In this document: positions 1 to 11,431 of the stretch, piece after piece
Layout: each line of letters starts with the position of its first letter
How positions within the stretch are numbered: position 1 is the first letter of the stretch
Source of the DNA: Rhizaria sp. SCN 62-66
Taxonomy: Eukaryota
NCBI GenBank assembly: GCA_001724265.1
Contig: MEDY01000025.1
Location: forward strand, 1 to 64,000
DNA: 64,000 bases
Reading direction: 5' to 3'
Program-made: the position numbers and the translations under genes
The notes under the pieces: generated by a model
Databases searched by the model: none
Seen by the model: only the letters and a program-made list of their open reading frames with translations
What the model was told of the DNA's origin: nothing

Positions 1-469
1 CTTGACCTGCTTGCACGCGGCGTTGCGGCCGACACCGTAGTTGTACTTGGTGAAAGCAATGACCTCCTTGTGCGCGATGACGTTCTTGAGGTAGGCCTGG
101 GCGCGGCGGAGGGGCATGCCGCGGATGGCGGAGCTGGTGGCAAGGGAGTTCTTGAAGGAAACGCGGATGCCAGTGGCGCGCGTCTTGGCGACCTTCTCGT
201 CGCCCTTGATGACCTTAGCGTACTTCACCTAAACATGAGAAAATAGTATGGACCATCAGCAGCACGTTGGTATGGGTGCGAGAGCGAGCAAGACAAATGA
301 AGAAGGGATTTGAAGGCGGAAAGCGAGAAGGAAGGTAAGACGAAGCAAGATCGAGCGAGGCCACGGGAAACAGGACTGGGAGAGAGGTAGGTACGGGCAA
401 ACAGAAATGCGTAATTAATAAAAGGCTGATCTGAGCGGCTAAAATCTAAGAAAGAGGGATACGTACCAT
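1..469 (-). CDS. RPL17: 60S ribosomal protein uL22/L17, 5' part (runs off the window). Exons 469-467 (ATG only) and 228-<1
   Basis: Manual minus-strand translation gives M|VKYAKVIKGDEKVAKTRATGIRVSFKNSLATSSAIRGMPLRRAQAYLKNVIAHKEVIAFTKYNYGVGRNAACKQVK, matching the eukaryotic uL22 N-terminus. GTACGT...AG intron at 466-229 directly after the ATG. Confidence 0.92.
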
Positions 470-947
470 TGTGACTCGTTGAATTACCCAAAAAGCGGCT
501 GCAAAATCACGCCCTCGTCTTGTCTCACAGGCCGCACTCGCAAAGCCGCGGTTCGCTTGCTGCGACCAGCCGACTTTTTAGGAACCCTTCTCAGGCCCAC
601 GGTCGTCATCTCTCTTCTCTTCGATCCTTGACTACTTTATTAAAGCGGGATTTAGCGATGAAAATGCAGGGTATTGGCATCGTCAGTCGCGAGGGGACTT
701 TTATATCCTATTTTTTGTTGATATATCTTCCCAGCAATTTATTTCCCGCCCACGCCCTTTCTCTGTCTTGCGACATATCCTCTACCTCCCGATTCCATCG
801 TCTCAGTCAAGTAACGCTTTCTGCCCCTTCCCTTCATGACCTCTAGCGCGCCACAGCAACTTTCTCCCGCGCAAATTTTTCACTAAAAGACAACTGCGCC
901 TTTCAACAACCCCCTGAACTTGTTTTCACTGCGCACGCGATCGCCTG

Positions 948-3498
948 ATGTCGTCTGGCGGCCCCGGCGCGCTTCTCTCCGGCCGACTGCGCTCATGCCT
1001 GTCCCTCGACGGGCCCGTGACGGCGCTGGCGCTCTCGCCCGACCGCTCGCTGCTCGCCACGGCACTGGGCTCGGCCGTGCTGCTCTGGGACGCGGGCTCC
1101 TACGCGCTGCGGCTGACGCTGAACCGCGGGCGCCGCGGGGCCCGCGTGGCCCACAAGCGGCCCGTGCGCCGCCTTCTCTTCTCCCCGTGCTCGACCTTCC
1201 TGGCCACGGCGGCCGAGAACGACGACAAGGTCGCCGTGTGGGCCCTCACCACGGGGCAGCTCCACGCCGTGCTCGTCGGCCACCAGGACGTCGTGCTCGA
1301 CCTCGCCTTCACCCAGGGCGCCGCCGCCGCCGTCGCCGCGGCCGCCGCCTCGAGCCTCGTTTCCTCAACAATCACGCCCACCATCTCCAACGCCATCCTG
1401 AACGCCAACGTCAACCCCGGCTCTAATGTCGCCGCAGCGGTTACGGTCCCGACGGCGACGGCCGCCTCGGCCGTGGCGGCGGCCGTGGCGGCGGCGGTGC
1501 CACCTCGCGAGCGCAGTCTGCTGCTGACCTGCGGCGCGGACGGCGTGGTGCTGGCCTGGGACTTCAAGTCAGGCCGCCGCGTTTCGCAGCACGCGGCCGC
1601 CGTCGAGCCCAGCTCCATCAGGGCGCTCGCGCTCTTCGAACGCACTCTCAACAGCAACAACGGCAATGATGCCCACGGTGACAGCTATCATCCTCACAGT
1701 GCTTTGGCTCCGGTTGGGGGCGCGCACAGCTTTCTTGCTGCTCTTGGCGATGACGACGATGCATATAAATATAATAACAATACTGATGCCCAAAACAGCA
1801 ACTCTACTAACGCTAACAAGAGCCTTGTTGCAGGACTCTCGAGCTCTAGCTCCTACTTTAACTCTAGCTCATCTTCGTCGTCATCCTCAGCCAGTGAGTG
1901 CGTGTGCGCGTGCGCCTGCGCCGACGGCAGCCTCGCGCTGTGGCGGCTGACGCCCTCCCGCCGCACTGCGACCTCCACCTCCATGGGCGGCCTAACTTTC
2001 GTCAGCAACAATCTCAGCAAGAGTGGCGGCTCTAAACAACTGGCGACGGCGACTGTGGGCGGCTCCAGTAGCAGTAGCGGCAGCGGCAGCGGTTTTTCGA
2101 CCAAAATCGGCATCCTCGCCCCCGACTCGCTCTGGCTTTCGGCCCGCAACAACAGCTCTAGCTCCTCCAGCTCTAACGCAACTCCGAGTGCGAGCGCTGC
2201 GAACGCCGGCAGCGCCAGCGCCAGTGCCGGCAGCGGCTCCGGGGTGTGGGGTTGGGCGGACGGACAGCGGCGGCACACGGGCGCGCTCACCGCGACGGCC
2301 TTCAGCCCCGACGGCGGCCTGGTGGCGACCGCGGCCACGGACGCCACGGTCAAGGTGTGGGCCGCGCTGCCCCTTACACGGGGCGCCGGGGCGGGCACTT
2401 ACGCGGCCACGGCCAACGATCGCGGCATCAACATCAACAACAATGCTGCTGGTGCTGCTGTTGCTGGTGCAACGGGCGAGAGCCACGCAAACGCACACTC
2501 GTTCATCTACAGCAGCGACAGTACCAGTCCCGCGCACGCGGCGAGCGCCCTCTCGCACGCGCAACAAGCGGAGTCGCAATCCCCGCAGCCGCAGAGCGCG
2601 CTGTCTCTGTCGGCGCCGCTGCTGCTGACGCTGCGCCACCACGGCGCGGTGACCTGGCTGGCCTTCAGCGGCTGCGGCCGCTACCTGTTCACCGCCAGCC
2701 TCGACGCCACCATCCGCGTCTGGCTCGTGGCCAAGGCGGTGGAGGGCAATGCGAGGGGCGGCGGCAAGGGCAAGGCCAGGGCTAGGGCTGACCCGGAGGC
2801 TAGTAGTGAAGTCAATGCCGACGTGAACGCTGAGCCTGAGGCTGACGCTGAGCCTGAGCCTGAGGCTGAACCGGAGGTGGGCACAGTCGTCTTCCGCATC
2901 GCTCTCCCGCACCCGGCCGCTGCGCTGGCACTGCAATGCCCCTCTAACAACAACAGTAGCAAGGCTGGCTCTCGCTCTGCTAACCCCGAGTCGACAGAGG
3001 CCCCCGACTACAGCAACGAATGCAACTCTGCCGCCGCCGCCGACCACAACGACGACGCCGTCAGCCAGGCCCTGTCGCCCCTGCACGGCCGCTTGCTAGG
3101 CCGCCTCTTCGCCGCAGTCGACTCGCGTCTGCTCTGCTTCGACGTCGTCTTCGCGCCCGCGCCCTCGGCCGCGGACGTCGCCGCCGCCGCCACCGCCGCC
3201 ACCGCCGTCGAGGCCGACGGGGCGGCTCACAATCGCAACCAGAGCGCCGCTGCCACTGCCACTGCGAGCTTGAGCGCGAGTGCGAGGAGGAAGACTGGCA
3301 AGCTCTCAGTGTCACGCCGTCATAAGCAACACTCTCGTCTCATGAACGCCAACAGTGCGAGCGCGAACGCTAGTGCGAGGCTGCAGCCAGTGTCTGCGGA
3401 GGACTTGTTAGCCCACTTGGTCTCCCAGATCGAGTCAACGTACCAGGGCGACAACTTCGCATCGCTCGACGGCAGTAGTGCAGCTAGCCAAGCCGACG

Positions 3499-3547
<49 letters not shown>

Positions 3548-6404
3548 GGAGAACTCTTTTTCTTTTTTCGGTCCCGGCCCCTTCTCGGCCGCGCTCTCAC
3601 GCTCGATGCTGCGCTACCAGCTCTCTGCGCCGCTGCTGGTCTCGGCGGCGGCCGCGCTCGCCGCGCGCGGCCTCGAGCCGGGCGCCCTGCTGCGCGCGCT
3701 GGCGCTGCCGCCGGCGGCCGGCGCCGAGCGCGTGGCCAAGGACCTGCTGTTGGGGCTGCCCGTGGAGGAGACGCTGCTCCAACTGGGCTTCGCCTCGGCC
3801 GCGCGCGCCACCGAGGCCGTCGCCGCCGCGCTCGAGGGCGCGGGCAGGCTGGCGGGCGCCGGACATGACAGCAGCAGCGGCGGCGGCGGCGGGGGCAGTC
3901 TGACTGGCGCCAGGGCCGGCGGCGACTCGTTCGAGCTGGCCGCAACGCTTGCGGCTGCCGCGGTCACTGCGCATAGCAGCAGCAACAGCGGTGCAAACCC
4001 CCACTCTAACTCCAACTCTAGCTCTGGGGTGAGGGCGATTGCGCTGGGTCAGCACTCGTTCACACAGCAACGCCGCAAAGTGGGCTCCAGCAACAGCGGC
4101 AACAACGCGTTCGGAAGCGCTGGCGACTCGAGTGGCGGCAGCAGCTCCAGCGGCAGCAACGTGTTGTACTGCTTGCCTGGGCTGGTGCCGACTGGTCCGA
4201 CAGCGGCGGGTACCGGTGGAACCGGTGGTGCTCACGGTCACTTGCACCACCAAAGTCAAGCCTCGTCCGAAGTGCGGCGCAGGGGCGGGGGTGCCACCGT
4301 GAGCGTGCCTCTAAGTGCCGCCGGGAGTCTAAGTACCTCGCGCAACAGCAGCGGCAGCAGTAGCAGCGCAGCTGTCGGGCTCGCGCCCATGTCCCTGCCT
4401 TCCGTCGCTGCCCCTGCCTTCACAGCGGCAGCGGCAGCAGCAGCAGCAGTGCCAGCGCCAGCGCCAGCGCCTGTGCCGACGAAAGCGACGCCGTCAATGG
4501 CAGCGTTGGCGGCGGCGGCTGTGGCAGCCAGCTCCAGCGCCGTTGTGCCGAACAGTGGTCACAATAATGGCCACGACAATCGCAGGATTGTGAGTCAGCG
4601 GAAACACGGCTCGATCACTCTTGCCCAAGCGCTTGCGAGCAATACGAACAATCACACGCACAACAAGGCTGCACTCGCGAATGCCAACGCACATGCTAAT
4701 GCTGGGCATGCGTTTGCGTTCAGCTCGCTCGTGTCGGGACAAGGCTACGGGACCTGTGGCGGCCTAACGTCTGCCCCCGAGTCGTTGTCGTCTTCGTCCT
4801 CGCCGTCTCGTAAGTTAGGCCGCACTTACTGGCAGTACGACCCCTTACACTCGCCGCACGAGCGCATCTCCGCCCCCGCCACTCTAAGTGCCCATTACGG
4901 CGGTGTAAGTGCCCCCACCCTCCCCACGTTCCGCTCGCTGGCGCAGGGCCAGGTGGACCGGGTCACCGCGGCCGTGGTCGGCGCCGACAGCCCCGTGCGC
5001 TGCCCGGTGACCGGAGCCCGCCACAGCCTCACCCAGCGGCCGCTGCCGCTCCGGGCGGCGGCAGCGGCGGCCGCGGCGGCCGCGGCGGCGGCGGTCGCCG
5101 TAGCGCCGGCCGAGGCGGCGGCCGTGGCCGCGGTGGCCGCCGGCAGGGGGCTGCTGGAGCCGGTGCCTGGGACGCACAGCGCGGGCAATGGCAGCGCTGA
5201 GGCCAATGCGAACGCGAACCCTCACTCGAACTCGAGCGCTGGCGCTGGCGCTGGCGCTGGCGCGAGTATTGATGGCAATGCGAGTGCGGGTGGTAGCAAG
5301 GGTGGCGCGGGCGCGAACGACGGCGCCGTGCTGACGGAGCTTGGACGGCAGACGGTCGCACTGCTCGAGTACGTGTCGGCCCAGTCGTCGAGCGTCGACA
5401 CGAGCCGCTCGCGGAACATCAGCCTCAGCGACACTGCGGCTCCCGCTCCCGCTCCCGCGACTGCTAACGCTGCTGCTACTGCTGCTGCTACTGCTGCTGC
5501 TGTTGCTGGTAGTTATGCGTACAACAGCGCCAGCAGCGGCAACAGCGAGCGTCTGCGCCGCGCCGCCGAGGCGGGCGCCCGGGCCAAGGCCACCGCCGCC
5601 GCCCGCGCGGGCGCCTTCAAGGACCAGCAGCTGCTGCGGCAGCATCTCCACATGCAGGCCCGGGCCGCGCAGCAGCAGCAGCAGCTGCAGATGCAGCAGC
5701 AGTGGGAGCACGAGCTGGAGCAGCAGCGGCTCAAAGTGCAGGCTCAGGCGCAGTCTGAAGCTCAGCAGGCACAGACACATTCGCAGACACAGGGCCAACA
5801 ACATGTGCCGATGCGGCTAAACTTTGGCGCGTCGCCGTCTCTGGCGAACCCGATCCGGTACAATAGCGACAGCAGTGCTCGCACTCTCTTCGCTAGCAGC
5901 CACAGCAACAGCAACAACAACAACAGTGCCGATGTGGATGCCAATGCCAGCACGAGCACGTCCCTGTCGCTGTCGCAAGCCGGTGCCGCCGCTAAGACGC
6001 AGCAGCCGTGGCTGGTCTCGGGGCTGGACGTGTACTGGGACGACTCGAGCGGCACCAGCGGCGCCACCAGGGCTGCCACGTCAATCGCCAACAGCAGCAA
6101 CAGCAGCGGCAACGGCAGCGCCGGACAGCCGTCATTGTCGCTGTCGGTGAGGGAGGTGCTCTATGCGCAACGGCCCTCGCACACAGCGACAACAGCTGGC
6201 AATAACAACACCAACGCTGGCGCTGGCGCTGGCGCTGGCGCTGGCGCTGGCGCTGGCGCTGGCGGTGCTGCACCTGCGGCGACCGACGCTGAGACCGCTG
6301 CGGAGGCGGCCGAGTCTCTGGTGCAGCTGGTGGGCAGGGCGGCGGCACAGGAGCCTGTGACCGTGGCCGAGGGCAAGGTTGTGTTCCTCAGCAACAAGGA
6401 GTAA
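948..6404 (+). CDS. WD40-repeat protein with long low-complexity insertions (1818 aa)
   Basis: Single ORF with WD repeats VTALALSPDRSLLAT..LLWD, HKRPVRRLLFSP..KVAVW, LLTCGADGVVLAWD, HTGALTATAFSPDGGLVATAATDATVKVW and HHGAVTWLAFSGCGRYLFTASLDATIRVW. Ends in TAA. Confidence 0.85.
3501..3545 (+). repeat. (CAA)15 coding microsatellite (poly-Gln), representative of many tri- and hexanucleotide coding repeats in the window
   Basis: Directly visible tandem CAA run. Confidence 0.9.
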
Positions 6405-6930
6405 AGGGATTTTTCCACGCCCTCGCGCTGAGCGAACATTGGAGAGTTGATGAGAGCATTGCACTTGCAACATGAAAGCGAAAGCGAACACAGTTTATTT
6501 AGCACATGGTTAGATTAGATTATCGACTAATACATTAGTTTTATTGATACGATATATACATTTAGTTTTGTATCGACTATTATTATTAAATAAATTTGAT
6601 TGTGAACATAATTTTGTGAGACTTTTTGTGTGTGTTTTTTTCTACCACCATTCGCTGCTTCATTTGCTAATGACAAAGCTAAGACAAGACTAGAACAAGG
6701 CGATGACTATCACACAAACAGCAAAGCGCCAGAGCAATACATAGAGCTAATCTAGCACTGTTACTGTTACCATAGCCAGCACAGCAGTATACAGTGCGAC
6801 ACAGTGACAGCGACAGAAGAGTTATTGTCAGGGAGCGTCCAGTGATATCGAATCATTGCTTCATTGCATTCTTGCATCTGCACCGGTCTAAAGTCATCGT
6901 AATCGGCATCATCAACGTCTAGGTACCCCC

Positions 6931-7485
6931 TTAGAAGAGCATGCCGCGCTTGGCGGCGCCGATGGAGCCCTTGGTGGCGGCCATGGCGCCCAGGCTCAGG
7001 CCGCTGCCGGAAAGCACGCTCAGCGCCTGACGCTGCATCCGCGCGACATTAACCTCAGCGCCCGCCTCAACAGCGGCGGCCGAAACGCGGAGGGGCGCAA
7101 CGGCGGAGCTGAAGTAGCGCTCGGCGTGCGTGGCGACGCCCGGGAGCTTGGGCAGCGTGGGGCGGGGGACCAGCTCGGGCTTGACGTCAGCCAGAGGCAT
7201 GTTGACGCGGATCGGCTGCGGCGGCAGCAGGTTGAACTTGCTCGCGATGCGCGCAACCGTCTCGGTGGGCGACGCGCCGCACGCAATCCAGTGCTGGAAG
7301 CGGTGCACGTTGAGGCGGACGTGCTTGGCGCGGACCGAGTCAGGGTGCGGGTCGTAGGTGCCCAGGATCTCGAGGAACTTGCCGTCGCGGGGCGCGTAGT
7401 GGTGCGCCACGATGATGCGGTACACGGGACGGTGACGGCGGCCCAGGCGCGTCAGGCGGATGCGGACGTCGGACAGATTCGGCAT
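6931..7485 (-). CDS. MRPS16: Mitochondrial (bacterial-type) ribosomal protein bS16 with a C-terminal extension
   Basis: VRIRLTRLGRRHRPVYRIIVA..APRDGKFLEILGTYDP..VRLNVHRFQHWIACGASPTETVARI is the S16 signature. Likely ATG at 7485, stop TAA. Confidence 0.92.
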   Translation of the reverse strand: MPNLSDVRIRLTRLGRRHRPVYRIIVAHHYAPRDGKFLEILGTYDPHPDSVRAKHVRLNVHRFQHWIACGASPTETVARIASKFNLLPPQPIRVNMPLADVKPELVPRPTLPKLPGVATHAERYFSSAVAPLRVSAAAVEAGAEVNVARMQRQALSVLSGSGLSLGAMAATKGSIGAAKRGMLF

Positions 7486-8433
7486 GATCGCGCGGGGAGA
7501 GACGGGGGCAGCGGAGCGGAGCGAGGCTTGCGAGAAAGGAAGAGCTAACGAGCTAACTTTTGGGTTGACGCGAAAAGTAGAAGTCTGTGCGCGCGTAGAA
7601 ATCACCAAGTGAAATACGGATAAGATGGAACATAAATACAGAGTAACCAGAAGCGAAATTGCAGGGATAGACAACGAAGAAGTGTGAGAGGGTACGATGA
7701 ATTGAAGGAAAAGTGAGGGGAAGGCGAGAGCAAGAGCGAGCGGGCGTGGGGGTGTGTTTGGAAGGAAATGCAGAGAGAAGACGAGCGTGAATAGTAACAG
7801 AATTAGTATGGCAGTAAACTACCAGAGCGCTACTATCTGTGCAATTAACAAGAGTTCTATACGTGATTATCTTTGTATGCAACTCTCCACTCAAAGTCAC
7901 AGGCGCAACACCGCCACTCACAACCGACCGACTGTCTGTGCGAGCGAGCGAGCGAGTTTCAATGTCAATGAGGGACCTAAAAATCACGGCCAGTCACCGC
8001 TAAGAAGAAGAGCGAGCTGCGAGCACTAAAAGAACGGATATATGGGGATGTATGACTCTCTAATGAGATAAATTCGCGATATGTGGCGTTTCAGAATAGG
8101 TTCTACTTGCGCGGCGGGGTTTATGCAGTACAAAGTGAGGATGTGTTTATCAAAGCCGTGTTACGAGCACCCGCACTTGGCGAGGCTTCGACGAGCGAGA
8201 GCAATGCAGAGACAGTTTGGAGACATGGAACGACCTAAGCACAAAAGTTGTATTCGTAAAGAGAATGAGAAAGTGAAAAGAGATACCCCGCATCGCTCCC
8301 CCATTGCAGCCCCGCTCACTCAGAGCTCTTCACGCCACTGGCGGGAGAGCCCGAGAACAAGGTGGGGCCGAGAGAGCGTGACGGGACTCATCGTCGATCG
8401 CAGTCAGCTGGCGGAACGGGGTGGATCAACAAT

Positions 8434-8838
8434 TTACGCGGTCTCCTCCTCGGTGGACTCCTTGGCCTTGCGGTTGCCGGCCTTGGCGAAACGGAGGTTG
8501 CGGAGGAACTTGGGCTCAACACTGCACGGAGCAAGAGAGAGGTGGGTGGTGGATGGGTGCGGGCGCGGGAGAAAAGAGCGCACAAAGAGGACAGAGGGGG
8601 GGGGGGGGGGGGGGGGGGGGGGGAAGAGCACATATTGGTGAGCAAGGAGGTCAGCAAGAGCGTGGTACAGGTGGCATAGCGTTAGATGAAGATCGCGAGG
8701 CGTAGCGGAGAATGGGAGGAGAAAGAGATGGACGTACCCCTTGAGCGAGGTGTAGCGCTCCTGCTTCGGCTTCTTGATGCCAGTGCGGTAAGCCTTGGCG
8801 TTCTTGTTGTGGGCGGTGGTGTTCTTGCGCTTGGCCAT
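8434..8838 (-). CDS. RPL29: 60S ribosomal protein eL29. Exons 8838-8738 and 8521-8434
   Basis: MAKRKNTTAHNKNAKAYRTGIKKPKQERYTSLKG|VEPKFLRNLRFAKAGN. A GTACGT...CAG intron at 8737-8522 restores the canonical eL29 sequence. Stop TAA. Confidence 0.95.
   Translation of the reverse strand: MAKRKNTTAHNKNAKAYRTGIKKPKQERYTSLKGYVHLFLLPFSATPRDLHLTLCHLYHALADLLAHQYVLFPPPPPPPPPSVLFVRSFLPRPHPSTTHLSLAPCSVEPKFLRNLRFAKAGNRKAKESTEEETA
8596..8623 (+). repeat. G28 homopolymer inside the RPL29 intron
   Basis: Directly visible. The exact length may be unreliable in the assembly. Confidence 0.8.
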
Positions 8839-9580
8839 TGAGAACTGCGGAGGACGCAAACAAAGCGGGACGGGAAAGAGAGGAGCAGAGAGAGCGGGAG
8901 GTGAGAAGAGAAGGGCGGCGGTCGGGCGGTGTCGGTCGGGGCAAGTCAGTCTTCGGACGGCCTACGCGGCAGTCCTGTGCGCGACAAAAGCGGCGTGGGC
9001 AGCAATCGCAACATAATACCTAATAACAAAGCGGGCAAACACGTCTATTAGTTATATCCTAGTTCCTGAGTATCGGTCGCAGGACCCAGAAAGGATCGCT
9101 TTCTCGTCGCCCCAGCCACTTTCCCCGCAAAAAGGCTCAGCCCCCCGCGACTTAACTTTCTTGACTGGCGGCCCAAAGCAATTCTCTTTTTCCAGAACCG
9201 GCCGGCAGGCCGACTGCCAACCTTGTTCCCTACGAAAAAAAGTGCCCACTCAAAATGAGAGTGTATCTATGTCAAGAAACCGTTAATTAGAAATCCAGGA
9301 GTACTCAACGAGAGAAGACGTGCGGATTAACTAGTTCTTTAAATTAACACTCTTCAAGTGGACATATACGTTGTTAAGTTTGTCCTGCAGTCTCACCTTC
9401 ATCACACACCCCTTTTCCCTTGCTTCATCGCGCCACCTTTCTGTATCTGGCTCGGTCTAAACATTTTTAAATTCGACTCTCTTTTGAATATAGTAGATTT
9501 TAGTTTCATCACATTCTTGTGACGATACTACTTTTTCTTAACAGCTCCTAGATTGCTTGTAAACGCACGCCATTTATTCG

Positions 9581-9593
9581 CCAACGGCTCTCG
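9581..9593 (+). promoter_or_regulatory. MSA-like (3R-MYB) element CCAACGGCTCTCG upstream of the DASH subunit gene
   Basis: Contains the AACGG core of the YCYAACGGYY consensus. The identical 13-mer recurs at 43495-43507. Confidence 0.4.
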
Positions 9594-9678
9594 CTTCACT
9601 GAGTTGAGGCTCGTACGCAAAGCAAACACATATTGTCGCCACCGATACTGTCTGTGTTGACAACTGATACATCACACA

Positions 9679-10583
9679 ATGCAAGATCCTCAGCTTCGAC
9701 AGAAGTAGGTACGTTATTATTTCCGTCCCAGCTTTGTTTTGTTCTCTCATCTCTCAACTGATTCCTAAGTGAAGCTGCTTGAAGACTTGACATCCCTACT
9801 CTTTTATTGAGCTCATGTGTTTGCCAGCTTTGTTTTGACATATTACAACTGTAGATGCTGATCAACCGCGTTGCAGCATCCGCCGAGCGACTGAACTTTA
9901 CACTTGCAGCTATCAACAACGAGGTTGCCGTACGTACTCATAAGTCAAACAGAGTTCAATAATAAGCGAACATCAAACATGACGAGCTAAAAGAACACTT
10001 GTTGATGCTACAACTGATGACTGAGCGACTTGCGTTCATTTTATGCTAAGAATACTCCACATGTGACAAGAAATGCGACTAATAACTCATGACACACGAC
10101 GACACTTAATCGCAACTCTCCAACACCCACACTCGCCATCAGTCTGACTTGTCTCTTACGCCGTCTTTTATTCCTTTCATTCTCTCCGCATAGGCACTCG
10201 CTGCGCACCCCGCGACGGGTGCCGGTGCCGCTGCGGGCGCCGTCTGGCGCGGCTACAGCAAGAGAGTCGCGGCCGCGCTCTCGGCGCTGCCACCGCCGGT
10301 GGCCTCCGAGGCCGCCGCCGCCAACGCCGCCGCGGCCGCGGCCGCCGCTGAGGCCACCAACGCCGAGGCCGAGGCCGAGCAGAGGCTGCGGGCGGCCGAG
10401 GCGGCCCGCTTCCGCTCGCTGCGCACGGCTGCCGCGGCGGCGGCGGCGGAGGCTGAGGCCGAGGCCGAGGCTGAGGCGGGGGCTGGCAAGGCGGCCAGCG
10501 GCCGGGGCCGCAAAAGCACACTGTATAACCCTACGGTAGCGTCCAAGAGCAGGGCCGCGTCGCGCTCGCGCACGCGCGCGTGA
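9679..10583 (+). CDS. DAD4: DASH/Dam1 kinetochore complex subunit, Dad4/Dad1-like. Exons 9679-9708, 9855-9929 and 10194-10583, with an in-frame TAG at codon 10
   Basis: Spliced translation MQDPQLRQK*|MLINRVAASAERLNFTLAAINNEVA|ALAAH..GAVWRGYSKRVAAALSA aligns by eye, with no gap over the first ~34 residues, to the Dad4 pattern MENP....Q..I/LL.RI..NV.RLNES...LN.EL...(W/C)..Y...V...L. Both introns are GTACGT...TAG, phase 0. Stop TGA. Confidence 0.7.
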
Positions 10584-11431
10584 GGAGTAAATAGTTTACT
10601 CGCAGCTCCCGGTTAAAGCGCAGTTAAGCATGACTGCGTTGACGTTATATAGACATAGTGAATGTGCCATGCCATGACCAGGGCCTAGCAATAAGGCGGG
10701 TATAGAGCGCCGATATGCGTGCTCGTGCGATATTTGATAAAGTTGCCGCTCAGAAAATTGCATAATTCATACAATAGTCACAGTTTCAACTCGGGTAAAG
10801 CTTGTTAACAACGACTTATATCAGCCGAAAGCGCTCTCGTCCATTCACCACTGGCGCACGGCCGCCAGCCACACCTCGCCCCTCGAGTCTCGGCCTGTTT
10901 GTTCAAGACGCGTGTGATAGCTATGCTCCGATAACAACAGTTCCGAGACTTGATCTGAATGCATTTGTACGATTAATTATATTTCCCTTTTTTATGTTAT
11001 TCCAGATGTCATATATCTCTGGATCAATCGCTCTTTTCATCCGCGCTCTCACACTCTTGTTCCTGTCCCTGCCACACACCTTCGTTCCCCCGATCCACAC
11101 TTTCGCCGTGCACTTCTTTCGTCCGCAAAGTGCGCCAGCACAGTGTTTTCGTTGCATTTATTGACAAATTTGAACTTCACGCTTCCCCGGCGACGCATTC
11201 AGCAGCAGCACCTGTGACGGCAGCCACGACCAGGATTCATCCAGCTCGAGAGTGCCAGTGGCAGTAGCAGCAGCAGCAGCAGCAGCAGCGCTGCCTGCGT
11301 TGAGCTCGCTCTCGCTCTGGCCAGCAACCAAGGGCGTTAACTATTAACGCGAACGTGCTCTTGCTCTCTCAGCAGTCTCGAAAGCCAAGGACGAAGTCTC
11401 ACAACCGCAGTTGCGGCAGTGGAGAGGCGCT

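Noticed and set aside
9705-9710. Alternative donor GTAGGT that would remove the Dad4-like TAG
   Set aside because: It gives a phase-2 exon end, and neither nearby acceptor (9827, 9854) restores the frame. GTACGT at 9709 matches the organism's consensus.
9728-9837. 14-bp direct repeat CCAGCTTTGTTTTG (9728 and 9824) in Dad4-like intron 1, and C/D-box-like words in intron 2
   Set aside because: No terminal inverted repeats, second copy or recognisable rRNA guide, so it is insufficient to call a mobile element or snoRNA.
11345-11347. Ciliate-type code with both TAA and TAG reassigned
   Set aside because: Ten genes end in TAA, several at family-conserved C-termini (for example SET1 ...RGTLN-TAA). 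The only internal TAA seen is in an unverified upstream region.
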